Origin: an uncultured Acidobacteriaceae bacterium
GTDB lineage: Bacteria; Acidobacteriota; Terriglobia; Terriglobales; Acidobacteriaceae
Direction of reading: 5' to 3'
Assembly (NCBI GenBank): GCA_963826855.1
Contig: CAWGZE010000015.1
Location: 37,174 to 101,173, forward strand
DNA length: 64,000 nucleotides
The notes beneath the pieces were generated by a model. The model was not told where the DNA came from. It saw only the letters and a list, made by a program, of their open reading frames with translations, and did not search any database. Made by a program: the position numbers and the translations under genes. Below are positions 20,936 to 31,562 of this stretch, piece after piece; position 1 is the first letter of the stretch; each line of letters opens with the position of its first letter.

Positions 20936-23156
20936 GTAGGGTCGAGCATCAGCGCCGTGCGGTATTGCTGCCGTCGGATTCTGATGCCCGCCCTCCGAAC
21001 CGGACATGCACCTTTCGTTATGCATCCGGCTCTCCGGGAACACAGATGTATGCAGGAGTGCGCATCCATCCTCTGCGGAAGCGTTCCACACGGAGCATGG
21101 AGAGAAGGTACTGCTCGACATTGCCTTCACGCCATAGCTTGCGAGTGGGACGAAAAAGACTCGGCAGTCTTGCGAGCCGGGTTCTTTTACGATGGAGTTT
21201 CTTATGCTTCTTCATCAGCCAACGCCAGATGCAGTCCCCGACATAGAAGTCGAGTGCCGCGAACTGACGGCTTGCGCCAGTGCAGAAGCGATAGTAGTTC
21301 CCCCATCCCCGCAGAACAGGATTGAGTTTCTGGAGAAGCTCAGACAGCGACCAGAGCGTGTTAGCGCCCGAGGTCATCTGCTTCACCATGTACCGAAGGT
21401 CCGCTCGTTTGCTGGTTGGTATCTCGATCCTCGGCATATAGCCGAATCGCGGATGCCATTTGTAGCGCACTCGTTGACTGAGGAACTGGAAGCCCTCGGT
21501 CAGATCAGAGACCCGCGTCTTTTCGATGGATAGCTCCAAGTTCATAGTCTCCTGCAGATATCTCGCAAGTTCTGCCTTTTCCTGCTCGGCTCGCTCGCGA
21601 GTACCAGATACAAGAACCACGAAGTCATCGGCATATCGAATCGGGAAGAACACTGCCCGTCCAGCTTTGCGGTCCGTCATGCGTGCCCACAGCGCCGCTG
21701 TCGTAGCATCACTCTTGCGGCGAGCCTGGAGCTTTCGACGATGGTGCGTCCACCGCTCGTATCGTTCCTCGATGATGCCGAGGGCGACGTTGGCAAGCAG
21801 CGGCGAGATCACACCACCTTGGGGAGTGCCTTTGTCTGTCGGAAGCAGGAAGCCATCCGCCAAAACTCCGGACTTCAAGAACTGCGCGATCAACCTCGTG
21901 ACCTTGCCATCGGTGACGCGAGCACGAACCCGCTTCATCAACTGGTGGTGATCGATGTTGTCGAAGCAGCCCCTGATGTCTCCTTCGATGACCCATTGGT
22001 AGGGCGTCCGCTGACGCCGGCCATCCTCTGCCGTCGCCCGTGGTCGCATGCTCATCCGGATATGCTCCAAGGCGCCATGGCAGCCTCGTCCGGGACGAAA
22101 CCCGTACGACACATGCCAGAAGCCAGCCTCGAAGATCGGCTCCAGGATATTCTTGACCGCGCATTGAACTACGCGATCACGCACGGTCGGAATACCGAGG
22201 GGTCGGAACTTCCCCGGCTGACGCGGCTTGGGGATCAGCTTCCGTCGTGAGGGACTCGGCTTGTACCGGTCACTCTTCAGGTCGCCTTGGAGTTGTTCCA
22301 GGAACAACTCCATACCCATCGCCACCTTGATTCCCGCTATTGTCATCCCGTCGACCCCGGCAGTACGTCGCCCTTTGTTCAGCGCGATTTTCCGCCAGGC
22401 GCACCGCAAGTTGCGGATGTCTGTAATCCAGTTCCACAAGTCACGATAGCTGTCTTCGGGATGTGTCCTGCTCCATTGAAAGAGCTTGCGTTGCACGCTG
22501 AAGAGCCAGGCTTCATCAGCCTGATCATCCAAGTCCATGGATGGTTCCTCCGTCTTCGCAACTCTGTCGGTTCCTTGCCTGCCTTCGCCATGCACACGGC
22601 TTTCCCGTGTTCGGACTACTACGCAAGCTCCGCCCCCTCGATTCACCATCTCCAGTCTCCGTGGCTAGCCCAGCTCCGTTGCCGGGCGGTTAATCAGGGT
22701 TCCCATGTTCCAGTTCTCGACCTTCATCTCGTAGGTGGCATACTTTACCCCTGGCGATTCGGAGCGACAACCTGAGAGAAGATCATCATCGCTGAGTCCG
22801 TTATCCAGACCCGTCAGTGGAGAACTTCAAGCCCCACCAACTCAGATCGCATAAACCCCCGGTCCCATCTGACCTACTACGGGAGCATTGAGCTATTCAA
22901 GACAGAGGCTTCCAACGTATGCTTCGTTGTCTCACCATAAGATGTTTGGTAGCCCGGCACGCCGATGATGGCGGCGCCCGGTACAGTTCAGTCCATCAGC
23001 TTTTCCACGCACCGTCGGAACACGATACGCTTGGACAGACCCCTTCCACTCAGGCTCCTTCCTGGGTGGGGCCGCATCACAGCGGCCGGTCAAGAGCCAG
23101 CAGGCGAAAAGACTCGATCCTTAACTCATCTCATCCTCCTCGCCGTCATGGCGCGC
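20936..23156 (-). mobile_element. complete group II intron (2221 nt)
   Basis: 5' GCGCG; domain V GAGCCGGATGC...GTCCGGTTC at 21032-20997; domain VI ending GACCCTAC; removal restores orfB in frame (WSMDF-G-MDQL). Confidence 0.92.
21018..22649 (-). CDS. ltrA: group II intron reverse transcriptase/maturase, no En domain
   Basis: RPLGIP, SYGFRPGR, GTPQGG, RYADD, domain X (LNPVLRGWGNYY); true start may lie downstream of 22649. Confidence 0.93.
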   Translation of the reverse strand: MVNRGGGACVVVRTRESRVHGEGRQGTDRVAKTEEPSMDLDDQADEAWLFSVQRKLFQWSRTHPEDSYRDLWNWITDIRNLRCAWRKIALNKGRRTAGVDGMTIAGIKVAMGMELFLEQLQGDLKSDRYKPSPSRRKLIPKPRQPGKFRPLGIPTVRDRVVQCAVKNILEPIFEAGFWHVSYGFRPGRGCHGALEHIRMSMRPRATAEDGRRQRTPYQWVIEGDIRGCFDNIDHHQLMKRVRARVTDGKVTRLIAQFLKSGVLADGFLLPTDKGTPQGGVISPLLANVALGIIEERYERWTHHRRKLQARRKSDATTAALWARMTDRKAGRAVFFPIRYADDFVVLVSGTRERAEQEKAELARYLQETMNLELSIEKTRVSDLTEGFQFLSQRVRYKWHPRFGYMPRIEIPTSKRADLRYMVKQMTSGANTLWSLSELLQKLNPVLRGWGNYYRFCTGASRQFAALDFYVGDCIWRWLMKKHKKLHRKRTRLARLPSLFRPTRKLWREGNVEQYLLSMLRVERFRRGWMRTPAYICVPGEPDA

Positions 23157-23532
23157 CGAAGTCCATACTCCAGGCTTCGTTCGGAGCTGTGGGCTTGATC
23201 CGATCCTCGCGGGTTCGAGAAGCCTTCCGCTTCCCGGCAGGCTTCATCCTCTTGAGCGTCAGTCCTTCTTCCGTATACAACCGGTACACCAGATACTTGC
23301 CCACATCCCAGCCTTCGCGGTTCAACAGTACGCGCATCTTGCGGTATCCGTAACGCACTCTTGCCTGAGCGATCTCGCGGGTCCTCATCCGCAACTCAGT
23401 CCGTGGATCCAGACAGCTTCGATAGCGGTAGGTTGCTCGAGGAACTCGAAGAACCCGGCAGGCCCTCCGCTCACTCCCCAGGTAGCGGTCAACCAACCGC
23501 TCCACCACCGGTCCACGCCGCGAAGGCTTCAC
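23157..23532 (-). CDS. IS3 transposase OrfB, 5' exon (via -1 frameshift)
   Basis: SERRACRVL, RYGYRK, PNEAWSMDF; GGGAAAAAAA slippery run at the end of orfA. Confidence 0.88.
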
Positions 23533-23795
23533 CATTTTTTTCCCAGCACATCCTGCAACATCGTCTTGTCCAGCGTCAGCTCCGCGACAAGCTGCTTCAG
23601 CCTCAGATTCTCCTCCTGCAACTGAGCCATCTTGCGAACTTCGTCCACCTCGAGACCAGCGTACTTCGACTTCCATCGGTAGAACGTCTGTTCACTCATC
23701 CCTGCCTTCCGGATCACCTCCGCCACGGGAACTCCTACCTGCGCCTGCTTCAACACGCCAATCATCTGCTCCACGGTGAATCGCTTCTTCCTCAT
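23529..23795 (-). CDS. IS3 transposase OrfA
   Basis: MRKKRFTVEQ, SEQTFYRWK, EENLRLKQLVA. Confidence 0.92.
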   Translation of the reverse strand: MRKKRFTVEQMIGVLKQAQVGVPVAEVIRKAGMSEQTFYRWKSKYAGLEVDEVRKMAQLQEENLRLKQLVAELTLDKTMLQDVLGKKW

Positions 23796-24156
23796 TCCAA
23801 ATCCTCCTCATAGAAAGGCTCAGATTTGGTCGAAGACTAACACTTCAACTGGCTCAGAAATACCGAGGCCGATCAAGCGTGACTAAACCTATCTCTTGGG
23901 TGCCAGCTCTGGCGCTTGTAGGGTCTTCAACGATTTGTGGCGGAAAATGAGCAAAAGTGAACAGACAACCGGTCAGGATGCGAGTCGCCTGAAGGTGGGA
24001 GCTGCAAAATTCACTCCCTGACTCAAATGCGAGGAGTACGATTTTACTCAGCGCCAGGAAGGATGGCGTTGACGCAATCGGCAACCGGCGGAAGATGCGA
24101 CGTTGTTCATCTTACGTCTTATTCATCAGCCCAGCATCCGGAAGGGGACAAATCAG

Positions 24157-24873
24157 ATGGCTGAGCCCAAGCAAGACGGATTTAATGCCGCCGACTTCCT
24201 GACCAAGGCCGGCCTGGGAAGACGCATCGTCCAATTGAAGCCGAAAGAAGCCTTTTTTTCGCAGGGCAGTCTCGCTGACTCGATCTTCTATCTGCAAAAG
24301 GGTCGCGCAAAACTTACGGTTGTTTCAAAAAACGGCAAAGAGGCCACGATTACCATCCTCGCCGCCGGCGACTTTGTCGGCGAGGAATCGCTTGCCAGCG
24401 TTGGCGAACTGCGCATGGCCTCGGCGACCGCCATCACCGCGTGCACGGCGCTCAAGATAGAGCGGCATGAGATGGTCCGAGTAATGCATGAGGAACATTC
24501 GTTTTCCGATATCTTCGTAAAATTCTTGCTGGCCCGGAGCATGCGGACCCAGGCCGATCTCATCGATCAACTCTTCAATTCGAGCGAAAAGCGGCTGGCC
24601 AGGATTCTCCTCATCATGGCAGAGTTCGGCAAGCCCGGAGATCCTGAACCCTTGATCCCCCAAATTACCCAGGAAACGCTTGCGGAAATGATCGGTACTA
24701 CGCGTTCGCGCGTGAGCTTCTTCATGAACCGTTTTCGCAAGCTGGGACTAATTGAATATAACGGTCGAATCCAGGTGCACAAGTCCCTGTTGAATGTGAT
24801 CCTTCACGATCAGATGCCAGATGATAACGCAGAAAAGCCGTCCGTCTTCGGGACCCACAGCCCGAACACCTAG
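24157..24873 (+). CDS. Crp/Fnr family regulator
   Basis: cNMP domain (GDFVGE) and ITQETLAEMIGTTRSRVS HTH. Confidence 0.93.
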   Translation: MAEPKQDGFNAADFLTKAGLGRRIVQLKPKEAFFSQGSLADSIFYLQKGRAKLTVVSKNGKEATITILAAGDFVGEESLASVGELRMASATAITACTALKIERHEMVRVMHEEHSFSDIFVKFLLARSMRTQADLIDQLFNSSEKRLARILLIMAEFGKPGDPEPLIPQITQETLAEMIGTTRSRVSFFMNRFRKLGLIEYNGRIQVHKSLLNVILHDQMPDDNAEKPSVFGTHSPNT

Positions 24874-24972
24874 AGTGCCATCCAATAAACTGCTCTTATG
24901 AGCAAGATTGCTCAGATGTCTGTGCCGCAGACGGAATATCTTCGTCTAGACGTAACGCTGTAAATACCTTGA

Positions 24973-25662
24973 ATGAGGCGAAAGATGCCTACGAAAAGGG
25001 TTGAGCTTTTGATAGTAGAGGATGAGCCATCTGTTCGGCTCTCACTATCGCAAATCTTCACGCAGACGGGTCATGGCGTGAGACCTGCCTCGGATGGTTT
25101 CTCCGCGTTGTGCGAGTTTCGGCGGAAAATTCCTGACATTTTGCTCTCTGACCTGAACATGCCAGGCATGTCTGGCTTCGAGTTGCTGTCTATTGTCCGC
25201 CGACGATTCCCAGGTGTACAGGTGATTGCCATGAGCGGCGCGTATGTAGGTAACGGCATGCCGGCTGGTGTAGCCGCGGATGCCTTCTATCAAAAGGGAA
25301 TGGGACTAGGAGCTTTGCTGCAGATCGTGCAAACGATGTCCGACTCGGAGAGGCAGCCAGCTCTCCGTCGTGCGGACACGTCGCCGCCTATCTGGATTCC
25401 CAGAAATGGACATGGACCCACCGGGATGCCCTACGTGACGATTACCTGTCCGGAGTGCCTGCGGACGTTCCCGCAACTTGCCGGGTCAGTCATTCCTGTA
25501 ATCCAGGAAGCAACCTGCACCTACTGCTCTGCTGTGATCCGCTATGCGGTGGTCGAACCAACGGAGACGGGGATTGGCGAGGCTATCCTGGCGGAAGGCC
25601 GGCCAGAAATGTTGACGCTAGTTGACCAGCGACCGGGCGCTAACAGCAGAAGCAATGCGTAG
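24973..25662 (+). CDS. response regulator with C-terminal Zn-ribbon-like domain
   Basis: IVEDE, SDLNMPG; CPEC...CTYC. Confidence 0.85.
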   Translation: MRRKMPTKRVELLIVEDEPSVRLSLSQIFTQTGHGVRPASDGFSALCEFRRKIPDILLSDLNMPGMSGFELLSIVRRRFPGVQVIAMSGAYVGNGMPAGVAADAFYQKGMGLGALLQIVQTMSDSERQPALRRADTSPPIWIPRNGHGPTGMPYVTITCPECLRTFPQLAGSVIPVIQEATCTYCSAVIRYAVVEPTETGIGEAILAEGRPEMLTLVDQRPGANSRSNA

Positions 25663-25663
25663 C

Positions 25664-25864
25664 TTATCCTCTCTTGGCAAACCAGTAGTACCGCCGCCAG
25701 CAGTTGACGCAGCGGACGGCGCGCAACGCGAATAGACCGAACAGGCCATCGAGGGACTCCGGTTCAGCGGGCTGAAAACGGATCGAACTGCAGAGAGGGC
25801 ACTGCCGGTGCATCCAAAGCACTCTTGGCCACGGGCCAGGCCAGTTCAGACCAGCAGTGTTCAT
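25664..25864 (-). CDS. small Zn-ribbon protein
   Basis: CPLC...CVNC. Confidence 0.55.
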   Translation of the reverse strand: MNTAGLNWPGPWPRVLWMHRQCPLCSSIRFQPAEPESLDGLFGLFALRAVRCVNCWRRYYWFAKRG

Positions 25865-25896
25865 TGAAATTGGTCCTCATGATCGCGTGCAAACGG

Positions 25897-26925
25897 CTAA
25901 GAGGCGCTGAGGAATCCTGTGCTGGAATTTTCATCCAGCCAGGAGAGAAGGGTTCGAATGCTGCCGGTGGCCAGCGCCATACAGGAATCGGCCGCACCGT
26001 AGTAAAGGTAGATCGTATCCCCATCCGCGTCGATCGTCTGTCCGCATGGGAAAACCACGCCGCCAACATCTCCGCTGCACTCATAGGGAGCTTCGGGACC
26101 GAATATCCAGGAGTCGCCTCGTTGCAGGCAAATTTCCGGCTTCTCGAGATCAAAGAGCGCCACTCCGAGACGATAGATACTTCCGGACGCGGTTTGGCGA
26201 ACGCCATGATAGAGCACAAGCCATCCCTTAGCCGTTTCAATTGGCGGAGAACAGAGCCCAATCTTATTGGCATCCCACCATCCGCCGCGCCGCGCTTCGA
26301 GCATAATTCTGTGGCCGCCCCAATGGCGCAGGTCCGGGGAGTATGAGATCCACATGTGCGCGCCGAGGGTCGTCACTGGCCGGTGAATCATGGCCCAAAG
26401 TCCCCCGATGCGCGTCGGCAGAAGCGCGGCATCTTTGTCTTCCGGCTGCATGATGACGCCGTACCGCTCGAAGGTTTTGAAGTCCTTCGTCATCGCCAGC
26501 GACACGCCGGGACCGCCTCTTGAGAACGATGTATACGCGATCGCATACTGCTGCAACTCGGGCACATACGTGACGCGAGGATCTTCGATGCCCCATATCT
26601 CCTCCGGATATTCCCGCGGATTGGGCATCAGAGTGGGCGGGGAATCGATGTGCCAACCATCCACTCCATTGGCGGAACGAGCTGCAGTGAGGTGCGATAG
26701 GCCGCGCCGGTCCTCGACGCGGCAGAGCAGCAGAGTATCTCCGTCGTCGAGGCGAACCGCTGCAGCGTTGAAGACGCTGTTGATGGGGTAGGGCCAGTCT
26801 TGGCGGCTGAGGATGGGATTTGCTGGGTGACGGGTGAAGAGAGGAACTTCGGAGTACGTTTCCGACTTACGTGGTTCACTTGGTACGCGCTCGGGCTCTG
26901 AGACCGGAGCAAGGATTGAACTCAA
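25897..26925 (-). CDS. GH130-family glycosidase/mannoside phosphorylase
   Basis: VFNAAA, GIEDPRVT, EDKDAAL, IHRP, VVFPCG, YYGAAD. Confidence 0.9.
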   Translation of the reverse strand: MSSILAPVSEPERVPSEPRKSETYSEVPLFTRHPANPILSRQDWPYPINSVFNAAAVRLDDGDTLLLCRVEDRRGLSHLTAARSANGVDGWHIDSPPTLMPNPREYPEEIWGIEDPRVTYVPELQQYAIAYTSFSRGGPGVSLAMTKDFKTFERYGVIMQPEDKDAALLPTRIGGLWAMIHRPVTTLGAHMWISYSPDLRHWGGHRIMLEARRGGWWDANKIGLCSPPIETAKGWLVLYHGVRQTASGSIYRLGVALFDLEKPEICLQRGDSWIFGPEAPYECSGDVGGVVFPCGQTIDADGDTIYLYYGAADSCMALATGSIRTLLSWLDENSSTGFLSAS

Positions 26926-29228
26926 CTGGACACGCTCATTTCGTGGACCATGGTACCTACAGTGGGCGCTTCTATACTCTGCATGTCAAGCAACGCCATC
27001 AGCAGGGAAAGCGTCGACTCGGCGCCCTGGTTCTCGTTGACGCGGTCGGGATGCAGCCCGTCTCTGCAACCACCGGTTGCGGGGTCGTAGAGCGGGATTT
27101 CGAGGTCGTTCGCCCCCAGGAACCAGCGAAAGGCGGACCAGGCCTCATCAAGCCAGTGCTTCTCGGAGGTAACACGATGAGCTACCAGGCAAGCGGAAAT
27201 GGTTGCACATGCTTCGACCGGCTGTTGATCGAAGCGGGCCTTATCTCCGCCCTGAGAAAAGAAACCCATCGAACCGATTGGGACGAAGATGTCGTCGCCT
27301 CGATGTTGTTCGGCGAGCAGCCATTTGAGAGACTCGCAGCCGACCTCCACCATCCTCAGGTTTTTGCTCTCGTAACCCGCCAACAAAAGCGCCTGCGACA
27401 GCCTGGCGTTCGAATAGGAGAGACTTGTTTCAAACCAATTCCAGCCCGGCGAGCTAGCGCGCTCGTAGATATCCAACAATCGATTGGCCAGCAGATTCCG
27501 AGTCCCCTGAACAACTCTGTCTCCCGGGAACCAATCCAGGTATGCCTGCATCCCCAGAATTGAGAAGGCCCATGCGCGAGGGCTGCTGAAGGTGGAGGCC
27601 GCGGGAAGAGCCTTCTCGAACAGTCTGCCCGCCGCGCCTCTAAGTCCCGCGTCTTTGGTCGTGCCGAGTACAGTTCCCAACGCCCACAACGCTCGTCCAT
27701 GACAGTCTTCGGAACCTGTCTCCTCCAGCCATTTGCGGTCATAGCTCAGGAAATTTCTGAATCGGCCTGTCTTATCGTGAAAGGCATGCCATAGAAATGT
27801 CAGATAGCGACGCGATAAACCGGCATGGCCGGATCCGTTCAACCGGACCGCCACAATTAGCGCGCGAGCATTGTCATCGGTCGTATAGCCTTCCAGGCAA
27901 TTGGGCAATGAGAATATGGCATGCTGCAGAATGCCGGTATCGTCGGTCATGCTCAACAGATGTTCTGTGTCCAGCGTGGGCAGGGTGGCTGAATCCTCCA
28001 GCATAGAGGTATGATCTCGCGCGGCTCGCGGCCGTGACATCCGTTCTGCTCGCGCACGTTGAAAACTCGCCATGTAAGCCCGGGCTGTCTTCGGCCAGGT
28101 TGTCGCGCGCGAATAAAGATAGGCACGCTTCCGCATAGCGTGACGCTCGGCATCGTTATCTAGGAGTGCGATCGCGGCCTCAGCGATGGCGGCGGGATCA
28201 TCGAATGGAACGATCACTCCGCGGCCGTCAGCGAGCAGCTCCTTGGCGTGCCAATAGGGCGTCGAGATAATTGCTTTTCCTGCGCCAATTGCGATGGCAA
28301 GCGTACCGGATACCACTTGCGCCTCCTGGCGATAGGGCGTGATGTAGATATCGGCCGCGCCCACGTGCTCTATCAATTCCTCGTTGCTCACGAAGCGGTT
28401 GTTGAAGATCACGTGAGACCCGACTCCAAGCTCATCCGCCAGCGTCTTCAATGCGTCTCGATATCGCTCGCCCTCGCGTCGTTTAATGTGAGGGTGCGTG
28501 GCGCCGGAAACGATGTAAACCAGATCAGGATGGCGCGCCAGAATCGCCGGCAAAGCGCTGATTACGTTTTCGACGCCTTTGTTCGGAGAAAGTAGTCCGA
28601 AGGTTAACAGAACTGACTTGCCCTCGGTTCCGAACTGATCTTTGAAGTAATTGGGGTCCATGAACTGAAGATCGGGCACACCGTGCGGAATCACGTCGAT
28701 CTTTTCCCGCGGGATGTCATAGATCCTGTGCAGAAGATCTGCGGCGTGCTCGCTCATCACAACTAGCCGATCCGAAAGCTGTGCCATCTCCTCGAGTACT
28801 GCACGCTGATTCCGATCCGGCTCCCGCAGCACGGTGTGGAGCGTCGTCACTAATGGCATCCTGAGTCTTCTGAGCAGGGCGAGTATATAGTTGCCGGCCG
28901 GTCCTCCGAATATCCCGTACTCATGCTGCAAGCAGACCAAGTCGTTGCCGTTGAAATTGAGAAAATCGGCGGCGCGCTGATAAGACGAGCAGTCCTCCTG
29001 TTCGAGTTCGAGTCTGACTTCCTCGGGGTATTGATAGCTGGATTCTGGATCGTTGACCGGGATCGCAAACATCCGGCCGACGCCATATTCGGCGCCCATT
29101 GCCGTGCAGAGGTCTGTGGTAAAAGTGGCGATTCCGCACTGGCGGGGCAGGTAGTTCCCGATGAAGGCGATGCGCGTTGGCAGCGACAGCTCGGGAGGCC
29201 TTGGTTCTCCCATCGCTTGTTTTTGCAC
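26922..29228 (-). CDS. GT4 glycosyltransferase fused to a C-terminal (alpha/alpha)-barrel-like domain
   Basis: PRQCGIATF, QHEYGIFGG, FGLLSPNKG; YTTDDNARAL, FDQQPVEA, NQGAES. Confidence 0.9.
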   Translation of the reverse strand: MQKQAMGEPRPPELSLPTRIAFIGNYLPRQCGIATFTTDLCTAMGAEYGVGRMFAIPVNDPESSYQYPEEVRLELEQEDCSSYQRAADFLNFNGNDLVCLQHEYGIFGGPAGNYILALLRRLRMPLVTTLHTVLREPDRNQRAVLEEMAQLSDRLVVMSEHAADLLHRIYDIPREKIDVIPHGVPDLQFMDPNYFKDQFGTEGKSVLLTFGLLSPNKGVENVISALPAILARHPDLVYIVSGATHPHIKRREGERYRDALKTLADELGVGSHVIFNNRFVSNEELIEHVGAADIYITPYRQEAQVVSGTLAIAIGAGKAIISTPYWHAKELLADGRGVIVPFDDPAAIAEAAIALLDNDAERHAMRKRAYLYSRATTWPKTARAYMASFQRARAERMSRPRAARDHTSMLEDSATLPTLDTEHLLSMTDDTGILQHAIFSLPNCLEGYTTDDNARALIVAVRLNGSGHAGLSRRYLTFLWHAFHDKTGRFRNFLSYDRKWLEETGSEDCHGRALWALGTVLGTTKDAGLRGAAGRLFEKALPAASTFSSPRAWAFSILGMQAYLDWFPGDRVVQGTRNLLANRLLDIYERASSPGWNWFETSLSYSNARLSQALLLAGYESKNLRMVEVGCESLKWLLAEQHRGDDIFVPIGSMGFFSQGGDKARFDQQPVEACATISACLVAHRVTSEKHWLDEAWSAFRWFLGANDLEIPLYDPATGGCRDGLHPDRVNENQGAESTLSLLMALLDMQSIEAPTVGTMVHEMSVSS

Positions 29229-29841
29229 CGTCGATCGGCCTGGTGCGTATTCATCGAACGTTATCGCCGGAAATGAGATTGTCTTCCTGCTTTCCTCGAC
29301 TGTCCTCGCAAAGGGTTATCGCGAGTCTTTGTTTGAGATGCGCTGAAAAGAGAGACAGGGATGCGGTTCCTAAACATCTCCTGCGTGGGGCATCTTTAGG
29401 GCCGGTTTTTCACGGATAGCCAAGTCGACAACCTCTGTCGACCTGTTGGGCTGCGATCGCCCAGGCTTTCGCCTATGCCCCACTTAACTATGCCGAAAAC
29501 ATAACTGGAATATTGGTCAATTGTGCTCAGTAACCGTGTCGGCGGCCTTGTAGCCTGGAGTGCAAGAGCAAAAGCAGAGGCTCGCTGATCGAGACCGTCG
29601 CTGATCTCGGTCAGCGTCTGAAAACGAAAGGAGGTCATGCTATGCCCCTCATAGCCGTCGTGGTGTGGCTGATCAATCTATTCGGTCTGCTCGGTCCGCT
29701 GTGGAAGTTTCGCGTAGGCCATTAACCATCGAAGCGAGTAAAGCCGGCCAACAGAGCGGCAATTTGGCATGGCCCCTCATCCAACCTCCGAGCCCGACTC
29801 AAAAATGGTTTGCTCACAGTTGCCCGCAGGGCGTGAAGACG

Positions 29842-30010
29842 ATGAAACGGCAAACTATCTACCCTTTGCGGTTGGATCCGATCTACCAATATCGGCTGTG
29901 GGGAGGCAGGCACTGGCGGATCTGCTCTCTGCTCCACTCCCCGGTGACGGTCCTGTCGGCGAGGCAAGGGTGCTGAGCGATCACGAAGATCATCCCAGCT
30001 GGATCGGAGC
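29842..30010 (+). pseudogene. mannose-6-phosphate isomerase N-terminal fragment
   Basis: YPLRLDPIYQYRLWGGR then, in another frame, LADLLSAPLPGDGPVGEA.VLSD; truncated. Confidence 0.7.
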
Positions 30011-30113
30011 GGCCGGCCTCGATTTTCCAGCTCAACTATCGTGAGCCCACTAGTCAGACCCGTCCTTTGAAACTGCGCCACGACCCTTTGTCGCCGTTGT
30101 CAGGAAAGATCGC

Positions 30114-30909
30114 TATGTCGCTTTCATTGCTTGGTCGAGACGTTGCGAGAGGCTTGCTGCCCCTATCGCTTCTTCTTGTGATGCCGACCTACGCGCAGAA
30201 TGTCGTCCCGTTTGAGGAGGAGAATAGTCAAATCCACCCTCGACCGATAGCGGCCTTCTCTGCCTGGGAAACCCCCGTCATCTCCGTCCGGGACGCCCTA
30301 AATTCAGGTTGCTGCGATCCGGAGCCAAGCCCTCCAAATCCCGACTATGCGGTCAAACCGCCGCTAAGCTTTTCCACCGGCAACAAAGCGCGTTTCTATC
30401 TACATCGAGTATTGGATTTCGGTTCGGCTCTCGGTCCCGCTGTCGAGGCGGCTGCGGTGATGGTCTCGCCACCGAAAGCTTACCCCGATGACTGGCGTCA
30501 GGGCGCTGCAGGGTTCGGTCGCAACTATGGCGCCGTCCTGGGCCGAGTCCAGGTGGCCGAGTTCAGCCGATTTGCCGCCGGTGTTGCCCTGCGCGAAGAC
30601 CCTCGGTATTATCCCTCACCCAACCGGAACGCCGCGAGCCGGATCCTCCACGCTGTCGGTTTTACGCTCGCGGACCACTCCGACTCCGGCCAGGTGAGAC
30701 CCGCGTTCGCCAACCTCATCGGTGCAACCGCCGGCGGATTCTTCGGCGACGCATATCTGCCCGTCAGCTACACTGACTTACGAAACGCCGGAGTGCGAAC
30801 AGGAATTCAGATGACGAGCTTCGCGGTCCGCAATCTGGTGGACGAATTTGCACCCGAATTCGACAAGATAACCCGTGCATTGATGACTCGGCTTCGTCCC
30901 GCCAATTGA
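30114..30909 (+). CDS. hypothetical exported protein
   Basis: Hydrophobic N-terminus; WRQGAAGFGRNYG, EDPRYY motifs. Confidence 0.7.
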
Positions 30910-31032
30910 AATCGAGCGGGTTATCCAGGCCTTCAGCGGGAATCTCGAAATCGGTCCAGTATCGCCTAGTGTTTCGCCTGCCGAACCATCTCGACCAGCG
31001 CCGCACGGGTCACTTGTGGGCTAGTTACTTCG

Positions 31033-31562
31033 GCGCGCCATGACGGCGAGGAGGATGAGATGAGTTAAGGATCGAGTCTTTTCGCCTGCTGGCTCTTGAC
31101 CGGCCGCTGTGATGCGGTCCCACCCAGGAAGGAGCCTGAGTGGAAGGGGTCTGTCCAAGCGTATCGTGTTCCGACGGTGCGTGGAAAAGCTGATGGACTG
31201 AACTGTACCGGGCGCCGCCATCATCGGCGTGCCGGGCTACCAAACATCTTATGGTGAGACAACGAAGCATACGTTGGAAGCCTCTGTCTTGAATAGCTCA
31301 ATGCTCCCCTAGTAGGTCAGATGGGACCGGGGGTTTATGCGATCTGAGTTGGTGGGGCTTGAAGTTCTCCACTGACGGGTCTGGATAACGGACTCAGCGA
31401 TGATGATCTTCTCTCAGGTTGTCGCTCCGAATCGCCAGGGGTAAAGTATGCCACCTACGAGATGAAGGTCGAGAACTGGAACATGGGAACCCTGATTAAC
31501 CGCCCGGCAACGGAGCTGGGCTAGCCACGGAGACTGGAGATGGTGAATCGAGGGGGCGGAGC
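31033..31562 (+). mobile_element. 5' fragment (530 nt) of the same group II intron
   Basis: Matches the reverse complement of 22627-23156 with two substitutions noticed; preceded by ACTTCG. Confidence 0.93.

Larger units (their letters stand above)
20413..23875 (-). mobile_element. IS3-family insertion sequence (~1242 bp after removing the intron)
   Basis: Imperfect terminal IRs TGAAGGGCCTAG...TTAGTTTTCGACC and TGATCGGCCTCG...TTAGTCTTCGACC; orfA/orfB; no target duplication seen. Confidence 0.9.

Noticed and set aside
21018-22649. RT as a retron, DGR, Abi or CRISPR-associated enzyme
   Set aside because: Domain X, domains V/VI, EBS1/IBS1 pairing and in-frame exon ligation identify a group II intron
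22627-31562. 530-bp repeat pair as a DGR TR/VR pair
   Set aside because: Only two substitutions noticed, neither at adenine; the repeat is intron RNA sequence
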